A stretch of 64,000 nucleotides of DNA, taken from contig CM041465.1 in the NCBI GenBank assembly GCA_023213395.1, forward strand, positions 196,609,741-196,673,740, read 5' to 3'. This DNA comes from Cycas panzhihuaensis (Eukaryota; Plantae; Cycadophyta). Positions 13,164 through 24,543 of the stretch are shown piece after piece (position 1 is the stretch's first letter; every line of letters starts with the position of its first letter). Below the pieces are notes generated by a model, which was not told the origin of the DNA, did not search any database, and saw only the letters and a list, made by a program, of their open reading frames with translations. The translations under genes were made by a program, and so were the position numbers.

Positions 13164-16100
13164 TTAGAGATGGTATAACTCTTGTGAAGCCTTCATAGAG
13201 CACTCCTTTATTCTATCCTAATTGATGTCATGAGTAGATTTTATATAACCATCCTTCAACTCATAAATATCTTGTGCAATATATTTGTGTAATTGGGATC
13301 ACTTCTAAGCATGTTATCTACCTATCCTTTTAAGTGCTCAATATTCTTTATATCTTTAGAATCCTTGCTTCTAAAGAGACTATTCTATTACCCTTTGAGG
13401 TATGGGATTAGATGCTATTTGGGAAAATAATATTTATTAGTTTAAAACCAACTAACAAGACTAGGATTTTATCAAACTCCACTCCTAAGAAGAGTAGCCA
13501 ATTTAAGAACTCTTCAATGATCTACCTCTTAGTTTCACCAAAGATTATAGTGGCAAGGAGTAATTACATCTTGATGTGGTTCTTTGTACCATTCTAAGGT
13601 GCTTGCCTCAACTTTTCTTTCCTTTATACTTTGATGATTACTTTCTTACTTGCATAGAAAGGTTTAAGGTGTCACACTTTGTTGAGGGTTTTCTTAGTCA
13701 GAATAGAGTTCCTATTTATCTTGATGACCTCACCCTATAATAAGCTTAAACTATAACCCTCTCCAAAATAAGGGTAAACTATCCATATTTTTTAATGATC
13801 CTAAAGTACAACCATCTCCCTATAAGTGCAATGCTCAAGGGAATAGGCTTTTATGCTCTCCCATGGTCATGAGATTGTTGAAACTCTAAATGGGAAATTA
13901 GAAATGGTATAGATTTTAGTGTGACAAACCTAGTGATAGAAGAGAGTACTTAGAAGGATAGATCCCTATGAGAATTAGGGGCCAAGAAGGGCCTTGACAA
14001 GGTGTAGGTTTTGAAAATCCTTCAATACTTGGGAATAACCAAAGGAGAATTTAACATGCCTTGGAAGATTTATAATCTACTGAATAGGTTCTTAGATCTA
14101 TTTGAGAGGCAATTAGTCTCTTTTTAAGAAGTGCGATATAAACATTAGTTAGTTGTAGTTACTCAGCAACGATGGGTATTCCTATGATTCTTATTAGACA
14201 TGTTCTTTAAGCTACACTTGATTCCTCTCCATTAGTGGGGAGGAAGGGCGAGGGGGTGCCAATGTAATTCAAATTTCCATTCCTGAAAGATCAGCATTAG
14301 TTGTTTTATCAAGTGGCTTCAATTGCTAGGCAAACTAATTAATCCCAAACTTATGAGAATAGTATACCTAATCCTTTTTTTTTACTCTCTCCTAATATTG
14401 AGGATGTTTCTCTCATTTCCTACTTCTTTCTATTCTTCCTCTTAGAGTTTCCTTACTCTAAAATCAAGTATAAACTACATGTATAAATTATTTCTCTAAA
14501 AATCTTAAAAAATAATAAATTCACAAAAAAACAAAAAGAAGTGCATGTCTTTTTTTTTACTTTCTTCCTTTGGTTCTAATTCCTCTAGAACCTCTCATTC
14601 CCCAACTTAATTCGATGAGATTGTTCTTAGTTACAGGTCTAGTTAGTCATCTTCTTCATCTATGTAACATTCCTTATCATTTAGATGAGTTTGATTTCAA
14701 ACAAATTAGTGTCATTACTTGCCAAGAATTCTTTCATCCCTCAACTGATTATACCTATATTTCACTTGTGTTTAAGAATTGCCAAGTATTCTTTCATCTC
14801 TTAATTGATTCTAACCATGGTCAAGAAATCTTTCTACATTCAAAATAAGCTCACCAGTGATCTCTGATTCACTTTGCCAATAACCTATCCCCATTGTCAA
14901 TTTTGCGTCATGTAGAATCTTCATTGTAACATGCCTCTCTAATTTAATCTACTTTCTCTCTTAGGGTTATTGGTTGCATCTCATCCTTTAGACACTCATA
15001 GACACTATGATTAAACATCCTTTAAGCTATCCATGGTTTATCCGTCAAGGATATGGTTTGAGGATCTTCACTACCCATGCTTCATTAAAAAACACTCTTG
15101 TTGTAATTTGTAAGGCTTAATGCCCCATCTATAGGCCAATCATCATACCTTTCAAAACAAGTTACTCTTAGTGCCCACCTTATCATAACAAACATCGTGT
15201 GTTAACGATAGTCAACTTGTCTATTAGGACAAGCATAAGATCAAATGAAGTGTAACATCTAGAAAGTGAGTACGGTGATACTTAGTTCACTATGGCCCTT
15301 ATTTGAATTGTTGTATGGAGTAATACCCTTCCTCTCTTCTCCCCACCCCCGCCCCCCCTAATCCCCCTCTCAAAAAAATAAAAATAAAAAGAAAGAAAGA
15401 AAAGAGAAAAAAGAAATAGAAAAAAAAAAAGAGATTTATATATCAATATGTATACATTTTTGCATGTTCTTAGTATATAGAAAAAGTTACATGTCAGTGT
15501 CATTTCCACCTATAAATATATAATTTGTGTCTAGTTCTATACATCATTTAGGTCCTTTGAATCTAGTTGTTTGGGCCCATTGTAGCTTCAATTGTGATCA
15601 AATATATTTAGCATAAGGGAGGTTCAAATAGACTAGCTTTAGAAAGTATAATTATGGTAAGGAAACCAAATAATGGGGCCCACCTCCTTAAATTCAAACC
15701 CAAGATATTTGATATGAGTCCCATATTTGTAGCTTGATTCCTATGCAATCCCTCTATTTGATAATTTATTTATAATTTATTATCCACTACTCCCATGGCA
15801 TTAAACATTCATATTGATGGGGAGAGCTAGAGGAATCAAGGGTCATCTACTACTATGTGAATCATCTATGACCAAATGGGTAATGTCTTAACTAGAGTTG
15901 AAGTCTATATTCCTAAAGCTACCAATAATTTAGCTAAATACACAACCATTATAACTACCCTAAGTGATGATTTACAATTTCATACTAGACCAATTAATTT
16001 ATTTTATAATTTGGAGGCCATCATTTACCAACTTTCTTATGTTTACCAAGCTCACTTACGGGCTCTTTTATCTACCACCATATCCTTTCTATCTCACTTC

Positions 16101-16217
16101 TTTTCCATTTCCATTTAATATGTTCCACATAGTTAAAATGTTAAAGTCAACTCACTTGTGTCCCACATCCTTAATCACCATTGATCTTAACTTTATCATC
16201 TCTAAACTAGGGCCATT

Positions 16218-16391
16218 ACACTCTGTGATGTGTATAAACTAGCTAAACACTCTATGATGAGTATAAACTAGTTGAACACTCTGTAATGAGTATAAACTAG
16301 CTAAACACTCTACAATAAGTATAAACTAATTGAACATTTTATGATGAGTATAAACTAGCTTACCACTTTTGCATGAGTATAAATTAAACAT
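16218..16391. repeat. 29-bp tandem minisatellite, about 6 copies
   Basis: Consensus ACACTCTRTGATGAGTATAAACTAG(CTAA/TTGA); units start at 16218, 16247, 16276, 16305, 16334 and 16363. Confidence 0.95.
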
Positions 16392-16473
16392 ACATATCAT
16401 ATATAAGAAAAAGGACTAAAATTCCAAAAACATATATTCCAATATTAGTGTAGACTACCTTTGAACCATTGAT

Positions 16474-16973
16474 CACTAACAGGGTTGAACTATAGTGGGC
16501 CAAATCTATGACATAATTTTGTAACATATGAATCCATTTAATAAGTTCCAAGATATATTTTCTTCCTCTGAGACTCTGTGCTCCTGATTACTCAAGAGTT
16601 TAAAACAACTATTAAATAGGTTAAACTATGATGACTATACCTTTGAATCACTAAACACTAATAGGGATAAACTATGGTGGCTCAAACCTATGATATAATT
16701 TTACCACATCTCTCCAAAAATCAACCTCTAACAAGGTAAAACTATGGTGGGTATCTCCTTCAAAAATCTCATACACAAAAGAGGCTAAATTATGGTGCTC
16801 TAACTATGTGACATAAGTCCCCTTAGTGTGGTGCTTCCTAAATAAAACTAAAAATCACCTTATGAAACTTTGAACTTCCAATCACTTAAGAGTCCAAAAT
16901 GACCACTAAAAAGGTTAAGCTATGGCAACCACCCCTCTAAAATTCAACCATTAATAAGGTCAAACTATGATGG
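16474..16973 (+). repeat. Array of 7 dispersed copies of CCACTAAYAGGGTTAAACTATGGTGG in modular higher-order blocks
   Basis: Copies at about 16474, 16608, 16656, 16725, 16774, 16903 and 16948. The spacers are themselves partly duplicated, e.g. 16455-16527 resembles 16637-16709. Confidence 0.85.
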
Positions 16974-17128
16974 GTATAACAACTCTTGAATAAGTTTAAA
17001 ATACATAATGTACATACCTTTTTTATTTTTATTCCATAGTTTAGATGTTCAAAAAACCCAAAAGGCATAAAAAAGTCAAAAAAGCACAAATTTTAAGAGT
17101 ATTTTCTTCCAAGATAATTAGTTCTGTT

Positions 17129-20100
17129 TGGAAGTACGCCTCTCAGGGGTCACTAAAGATAAGGAGATTTAAGCCAATACTATCACTACGTCAAGCACTT
17201 AAAAGTCCTCGAAGGTAGGGGATAGGTCACCCACAAAGGGAATCCATGTGTTAGAATGTAGGTTCAAAGCCCCGTAAATAGCACACAAGACTTTCTCTCT
17301 TGGCAAGGTCCTTGTCGAGTTTGAGTTAGGCAAGGGTGTTTCTAATTTACCAAGTAGCCTGAGCAAAGACTCTCCTATCCTAATAGGAGAAGGAAGGAGA
17401 GAAAAGATCAAGCTGCTCTTCCAAGGAAGAAGGGAAGTAAAAGAGATAGGATCTAACAGGATATGGGCCTATGGAACAAGTGAGAGGAATAATCGGTTGA
17501 AGGGTGTGAAGGGGATTTGGTATATAGAAACCAAATTCGAGAAACAAGATTAATGGTGTGTTTCAATAAAGATCACCTAAAGGGGGTGCCTCTAGGGTTT
17601 AGGCTAAAAAGAGGCAAATTGATTAATTACCCTAAGAGTTTTAGGTAGTGTTTTAGTCTTGTTTAAAGAGTAAGATGGTGTGGAAATGCAAGATATCAAT
17701 CTCAAAAGAGTATATCTCAACAAAAATGCTCTCTCTCTCTCTCTCTTATTTTCATCAATGAAAGTTTAGTTAAAGGAAGAGAGGGTGAAAGGGCAATAAA
17801 GCATATGAATGACCTATGTAACCTTTCCTAATGATGCATGGAAGAAGGATAACTATCAAAGCCAAATCTCACCTTCCTAATCCTACCCTTATACATGTGC
17901 ATACGAATGGAATGCAAAAAGGGGGGTGTAACAAGGAAAAAGAAAAACTTTCTATGGGTTCACCACTTTTTCCTTTAAGGGGAGGAATAAGAGGAGTACT
18001 TATTTAGGCTACCCTTTTCTATGCTCATTCAAGTGGAAAGGAGGAACCAAGTCTATGCATACTAATGCAAAAATGAGAGTGCAAATATTAAGGTGCTCCT
18101 TTTTACTTTTCCTTTGATGAATGCAGGTAAACAAGTAAATGATTACTAGCTACATACAAACACAACCAATTTCCTTTTGGGAGGAAGGGGGGAGAAGCAA
18201 AGAAATAAGGAAGGAGAGAAAGGTTAGAAGGGGTGCATCTAGAAATGAGCCAGTCGATGGAGTGCCTCTCATATCCTTTCTTTGCCTTCCTTTCACCAGT
18301 CACCTTACACTCTAAGTTATGATTGACATTGTAGATGAAACCATATGTGAGGCTTCCTTACCTTCTCTGAAATGCACTATAAAAAAAGTAAAGAACTTAA
18401 ACGAAAGCTTCAAAGAAAAATAAATGTAAATGAGGCCAACGTACCTTCTAATTTACAACAGGGTTTTGCTTGCTCAAGATGGGTGGTATTCTCATGTGAA
18501 TAAACCCTTTCAACAATAAGCAATAACATGTATGTGTGTATATGTAGATGTGTATGCATATGTTGTACTAGAATGAAGTTTAAACTTGTTAAATATTTTG
18601 GATAAAGGAAATAATACGTGTTACAACTTTCCTTATATGCCAAAATATTTTGAAAAAAAACATCTAAGGGGAACAAAAGGGGGGTTTAAAGGTAGGAGAA
18701 ATGAGAGCCTCGAAATGGCTAGCTCCCATAACTAAGCTATGTCATACATGCTTGGGTACTCCAATAATTATTTAAGGAAGGATTAAAATCTCTAAATAAA
18801 CAAAAGAGGCAACTTACAAGAAGTACAAGAAGTTTCAAAAGTTGTAAAAAAAAAAAAAAATGTAAATGCTGCAAAATTCACAATGTTGTAACATTTTCAA
18901 GGTATGTAAGAAAAGTGTAGATCTCATAAAATAACAAAGCATATGAGGAAATTTACTACCAAATATTATGTATAAAGGTTGATTGCAAGAATTGCAAGGG
19001 CTGTAAATGTTACAATCAATAGAGGCCCTCACCCAAGGGGTTTGTTGGTATGTAGGATGAATACAGAGTAGGAAACCAAGAGAGGTAGGGGGATGCCCTA
19101 AAGGATATGGATGTAGGATTCAGAACTCCAGTCATGAACTCCTCTTCTCCCTCTAAAGAGAGTCTCACAATCCACCTAGCTAAGCCCAAAGAATGCCCAA
19201 GGGATATGGAGGTGCAACCAAAGGAGAAAAGAAGGGTTTGCCTTCCTTTAGACACCCAAAAGAGATAAAAATATATGCTGAACTTGCAACAAATAGAGTT
19301 ATTAACCAATTACACCTACCAAAAGAAAGGAACAACAAGAAATAAACCTATTTGTAGCCATAAAACTAAAGTAAAATGGATGTTTACCTCATATGCAAAT
19401 GAAAAGGGATAAGGATCCTGCTTGCTAGGTGAAGAAGGGGCTCCTTTTGGAGGTAAGAAAGAGACTCAAAACCTTGAAAATCCTATTGCTACTGCTAGAG
19501 TGAGAACCATGGAGGAAAGATCTACTAGAGGAGGTCTAGTTTAGACCTACATTTAGGGTTTTACCCTTGGAGAAGAAGAGAATAATAAGAGAGATCAGAA
19601 GTGTAGGTAAGAGGAATTTTTTTCCTTTTATATGAGAGCTAAGAGAGGTAAAATGAACTTAAATTTGGGTTTTTATGTCTAAATTAGGGTTCTCAAGTGA
19701 TTAGGGTTTGCTTTGGATGGGAAACAGTGGTTTGCCACATGTCATTCCCATAATAAATGTGAAACTAGCTATTGTTAGGCCTTGAAAGTTAATAGATAGT
19801 TGCCCTATGGCAAACTTCGCAGTGTTGTGAAGTTTAGTATAGTACCGCAAATATTATTGTGGTGTGAACAAAATACAAAGAAAAATAAAAAAGAAACCTA
19901 AAGACCCCTAAAAGAAGAGTCTCAGAGTGTAAAAGAGAGATATACTAGACTAGTGAGGCCTTTAGGGAACCTCTAGGCATTGATGGGGCCTCCCAAATGT
20001 ACAAAGTAGTGCATAAGAGGCCCCAACAAAGGGTATAAATTATATACATAGATGATCAATTTAAAATAATGTGTTAGGAGTTGCGTACAAGGCTAAACAT

Positions 20101-20398
20101 GAGTAAAAAGTAGGCTATAGGGGCCTATGGGTACCTAAGAGTGCTAAGGAGGTTCCATTAGAGGCTGTGTGGCGCCATAGGACCATGGTCTTGAGTCATC
20201 ATAGGCTAGATCATAGTCATAAGCATAAAATAGGCAAGCAAACTAGGTATCTCAACCACGTATGCAATAATATCATATAAAATGTAATCATTAAGTGTAT
20301 TATCACATTTTAGAGTAAATGAGAAGTAAGAGTAGAGATGTATACATGTGCCTACCTAAGAGATGTTATCCATGTCTATTCCTAATAGTCAGGAAACA
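17129..20398 (-). repeat. 3' LTR of D (~3270 bp)
   Basis: Colinear with 32217-35285 plus 40515-40728, and reverse-complement similar to the F LTR (55358-58544). Element-sense ends are TGTTTCCT...TTCCA. Confidence 0.92.
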
Positions 20399-22464
20399 CT
20401 ACCTCCTTAGTAACAGAGCCTCGTCACTAAGAAGCATCTGGTGATGGCAAATGATATCAACATAAAATAATTAGTATCATCTACTAATACAAAAAGTGTC
20501 ATCATCCAAAGGGATTGGTAGGTGTTATGGAAGATTGCATGGATAAGGAAAAGAAATGGAGCAGCATGGAGGCTACCCATGCATTGCCCAAGAATCTGGT
20601 ATGAGAAAATAAGGGGATGTGGGGATTTCCCCCATTACCCTTATGCAAGTTAAGTGTTGTGCAACCTCATAAGCACAATTAATAAGTAAATGTGAGTAGA
20701 GGATTTGTGCATAAGGAGAGTAAAGGTGTGAGAGCATTGTGCCACATATGATATGAAGAATAGAGTGAAGAATCAAACATGGTGGCCATCATAGTTTAAC
20801 CTCATTAGTGGCCTGCTTTTAGAGGTGTAAAGGGATCACAATAAAAGAGAGAAAGATCCTAGAGCCTGGGTGGCCAGGCAACCCATTCAGTTACTTAGGG
20901 AGGATCATCCAAGAGAGGGAGATGACGCTCAAGGATATGATAAACAAGACCATCTACCTTGGCATTCAGATCTTGGGGAATGTGTTGAATATCCATGGAA
21001 GAGAAAAGAGACAAAAAGGACCTAGTGATCAAAGCAAGGGCCCTCAGCCATGGGTAATGCACTTGGTAAACCTAGGTTAGTTATGATATGATGATCTAAG
21101 AGTCATAATAGAGGATGATAGGGCCATGATATAAGTGAAGTACATTTGTAAGGGCTTCGATAATAGTTGTTCACTCAGCCTCATTATTCGTAGCCTCAAG
21201 TAGAAAGATTCCATAACACATATAGTCATATATAGAGGGATCATGAAGGATCCACATGGCTACAAAAGGCCTAGGATTGCCGCGACTTCCTCCATTAGTA
21301 AAGATGAGTAGCACCATGGCGAAAAAAGAAGAGTTTGAGTTGGTTCATAAAAGAGATGGTGATAACAGTGCCAAGGCACAAAGAGGGTAGTGATGGGGCT
21401 ACAATGACTCAAAAAAGCCACAAATATGGATCATGAGAGGATAGGAGAGGCCTGGAGGTAGGCTACTAGGCTCGAGGGAGGCTTTCCGAATGAAAGAGTG
21501 AGAAAAGGTTAGGGAAAATGCTCTTTTGGGGCCCTTAAGGGTCACAAAAGGGCCTATGAAGGCCTAGAAGGGAGGAGGAACTTACCCTAGGATCCTCAAG
21601 GGCTCAAACAGATGGTAAAACTGGATCCATGATGTTGAAAGAAGCCAAAGGAGTATAAACATTAGTATGTTTCAGAGTAGTGCAAAAAATGACATAGAAG
21701 GAACCTCTAAGAAGCTGAAGGACTCATCATAAATACACCAAAAGGGTATAAAACAGAGCCTGCGGGAGTGAAAAAGGGGTTAGACTCTAAAGACAAAGTG
21801 AATGAGGATGAAGGAGCAATCCTGAGGGCTATCATAGTGAGAAGAACAGAGATGTTGCCCCAAGGGGCCCTGCGCATAAAAGGGCAAAAAGGGTGAAAAT
21901 GGAATTCATTTTCATGGTCCCCATGAGAGATCTAGAGCCCTTCCCTCTTAGTAGTAAGAATATGCTACTACTCAAGTACACCTAATGAGAGATCTAGCCA
22001 TTAGATCAAAGCAAAAAGACAACCATTAGGATCACAGAGATGAATTAGGTGCAATTAGGCCTGATCTAGTGAGTGGATCATCCCCTAGCCATTTTATTTC
22101 GTCAATTAAATTTAATGAGCTTTTTATAGTTTTTCGGGCCCCAAAGGGGCATTTGAGACACCTTGGAGCTTGAATGAGGCCCAAGGAAGGGGAGGACTAG
22201 GGCATTAGGTAGTCCTAGTCTTAGTGGGCCAAGCCTAGCCCACTCAAACTATTTATTTTTTATTTTTTAGGGCCACCCCCCTTTTCAAAGGGGGATCCAC
22301 AACCCCACGGTAAATATCATAATGCAGCAAAGTTTACGATAGGGCCTCCAAGAAAGCAAGAATTTCTTAATGGGACCTGTATCAATGTCTGCAATACTAT
22401 AGAGGTTGACGTGGGGTGAAGACAAAATAGAAGAAAACAGAAAAATAAAAAGAAAAGACCTTGG

Positions 22465-24543
22465 ATGGGTGGATTTGCTCTATTTCAGGGAGCTCTAATC
22501 ATCCAAAGAGAGGTACAACACTTGACAGGAGAGGGTTGATGGATTTTTTACTAGTTTTTAGTGTGTGTAGGCTGTTCTTATAATTGATAACTGTGAGAAT
22601 ATTAGCATGGCTATGATGAGCTTTATAGAGATGATGACATGATAAGAGCGGATGACCCTATGATGCTATGGGCTCTTAAAGGTTATCAGGATCCCACAAT
22701 ATACATCTGACTAGCATCTATTAGTCAACATAGTATCTCGATGGGATAGACAGAGGTATGTATTCCATCTCCCACAAATAGGAGATGTCATTATCATGTC
22801 GAGAGATATTAGGAGGATCATAAGAGTACCAATAGGAGAAATGCCAACATCACTGAGTACTTTACCTAGAATAGACACTACCCATAGGGAGGCAGCCAGA
22901 TTTTTTATAAGACATAGTTGATGGGATCAGTGAGGAGTATCCATCCATGCTATGGTTTTATTGAGAGTTCCTCATATGAGAAAACTCATCCCTTTGGCTA
23001 TTCTGTACTAGATATCCTAGAAATATAATTACAGGGATATCCTCAAAGGTTGGATGACTACTATCAGGAGATGTGAGGCCAAGGAGAGTTTCGACTGGGC
23101 TACTTTAATAGTAGTCAATATAGTTGATTAGCTAGACCAGGTGTGAGAAGTAGGGAGAGGAGGCTTCTCTTATTCCATGCTACTCCAATGTTGGTTCTTT
23201 GATTATTTTGGAGTGGTGGTGCCACTAAGAGGGCCCCATCCTATCCCAGATAGGGCCCCTATGGTTCACAGGTGGTAGATAAGATTCAGACAGACCAAGG
23301 ACTAGGTCCACATGAGGCGATCAATGGCAGTGACATCTTTGGATCCCCTAACCTTGATGGACTACATAGTGGATCCTTATCAAGCAATCCACTGAGAGAG
23401 TGACGAGAAGGGAGAAGAGCTAGGAGATGAGGGTAGGGATAATAATGGCAGAGATGGAGGAGATGGAGTAGGGCCATTAGGGGCTACAGGAGATGAGGCA
23501 GGTCCATAAGTGGCAACAGGAGGCGATTGACCACCACTAGGACCAACATGTAGGGAGAGAGTTGCTGGTAGATTCCTAACAGTGACCGTGGTTATGGTGG
23601 TAGAAGTAAAGGCAACAATTGCTACAACAGATTAAGGGGTCCTAAGAGAGGAGGGATGGGAGGAAGGAGATGCCTTGGCAGCCCAGGAGGTGGGCGAGGA
23701 GGTAGTACCAGGGATTGAGGAGGTCGAGGTGGTGGCAGAGAGGGTTGTAGCTGAGGAGGTAATCATCAGGGCAAAGGAGCTAGTTGTCCTAGGAGGTGAG
23801 ACTCTAACTTGAATTTAGCTTCCATTTGATCATTTGTTGCTTCCCTAGATGATCATATTTTATATCTTGATGCTTTCATATATATATATATATATATATA
23901 TACACACCCTAGATTGATTTATGATGTACAGGGCTTGGAAAGGGTAGTTGAGATTGTGAGGCTGCTGGAGGCAGTAGTAGGTAAGGTATTCCCCTAGGTT
24001 TATGCAGAGGGATAGCCTCCCATCCTGGCAAGCAAGAAGCCTCGATCAGTGGGGCCACATACAACAACATTCACCCCATTGATCTAGGCTAGGGATATAT
24101 GGGTAACGAAGTCCCAAGAGCTCCAAGAGAGGGTCAGTCAGCTACAGGGTACCCAAGATAAGCTACAGCCAAAGAGGAACTAGCTGGTAGTGGAGATGGA
24201 CACCCTACAGGGCCAGATACGAGGACTAAAGGCCCAGCTAGGAGGAGCAAGTAGTGATTCAAAGAGTAGGATCCAAATTGTTGTACTGGAGGAGAGACTT
24301 TGCAGAGCTAATAGGGAGAGGGATCACATCTATCTTAGGTATGCTTAGTTGGTGGACCATATAGCCACCAGGTCATCATGCAGTAGGATGCACACCACTA
24401 CGACAACCTAGAGGAGATCTCAGGATGAGGAGAGTGAGGTAGGGACCTTGCAGCAACACCAGAGGAGCCTATAAGGTATGTGGTCCCCCGGTGTGGGATT
24501 TGGTAGACGAGGGTATCACACCCCTTGAGGGCATAGCATCTAG
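22465..24543 (+). pseudogene. Antisense three-exon gene of D: Plant Mobile Domain (PF10536, MAIN/MAIL-like), acidic tract and coiled coil; exons 22465-22512, 22571-23795 and 23932-24543
   Basis: Exon 2 reads GLLKVIRIPQYTSD(Q)HLLVNIVSRWDRQRYVFHLPQIGDVIIMSRDIRRIIRVPIG and later FDWATLIVVNIVD(Q)L...YSMLLQCWFFDYF. These match the PMD signature blocks (LVERW..ET.TFHLP.GE.TITLEDV..ILGLPI.G; Y.WG.A.LA.LY; LLQ.W). GT-AG introns at 22513-22570 and 23796-23931. Internal stops are mostly TAG/TAA/TGA that revert to CAG/CAA/CGA. Confidence 0.85.
23879..23902. repeat. (TA)12 microsatellite in intron 2 of the antisense PMD gene
   Basis: Read directly from the sequence. Confidence 0.95.

Noticed and set aside
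16218-16973. CRISPR-like appearance of the repeat arrays
   Set aside because: The 29-mers are head-to-tail with no spacers. The 26-nt motif has irregular (45-134 nt) spacing with mutually similar spacers. There are no cas genes and the context is a plant retroelement.
17199-19309. Short ORFs repeated at 32254-33692 (e.g. MIFSLL...PFVGDLSPTF)
   Set aside because: They recur only because they lie in the LTR pair. There is no domain signal and the frames are not consistently kept.
21980-22012. Hammerhead-ribozyme-like CTAATGAG-stem-AAAG in the 3' region of D
   Set aside because: The core needs several repairs, the stem II register is off, and no stems I/III are evident. GATCTAGCCRTTRGATC is a common plant repeat motif.
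23641-23795. RGG-box reading of the PMD gene linker
   Set aside because: That frame contains two stops, while the E/V(A)-rich frame is open and splices plausibly. It cannot be fully excluded without a consensus.
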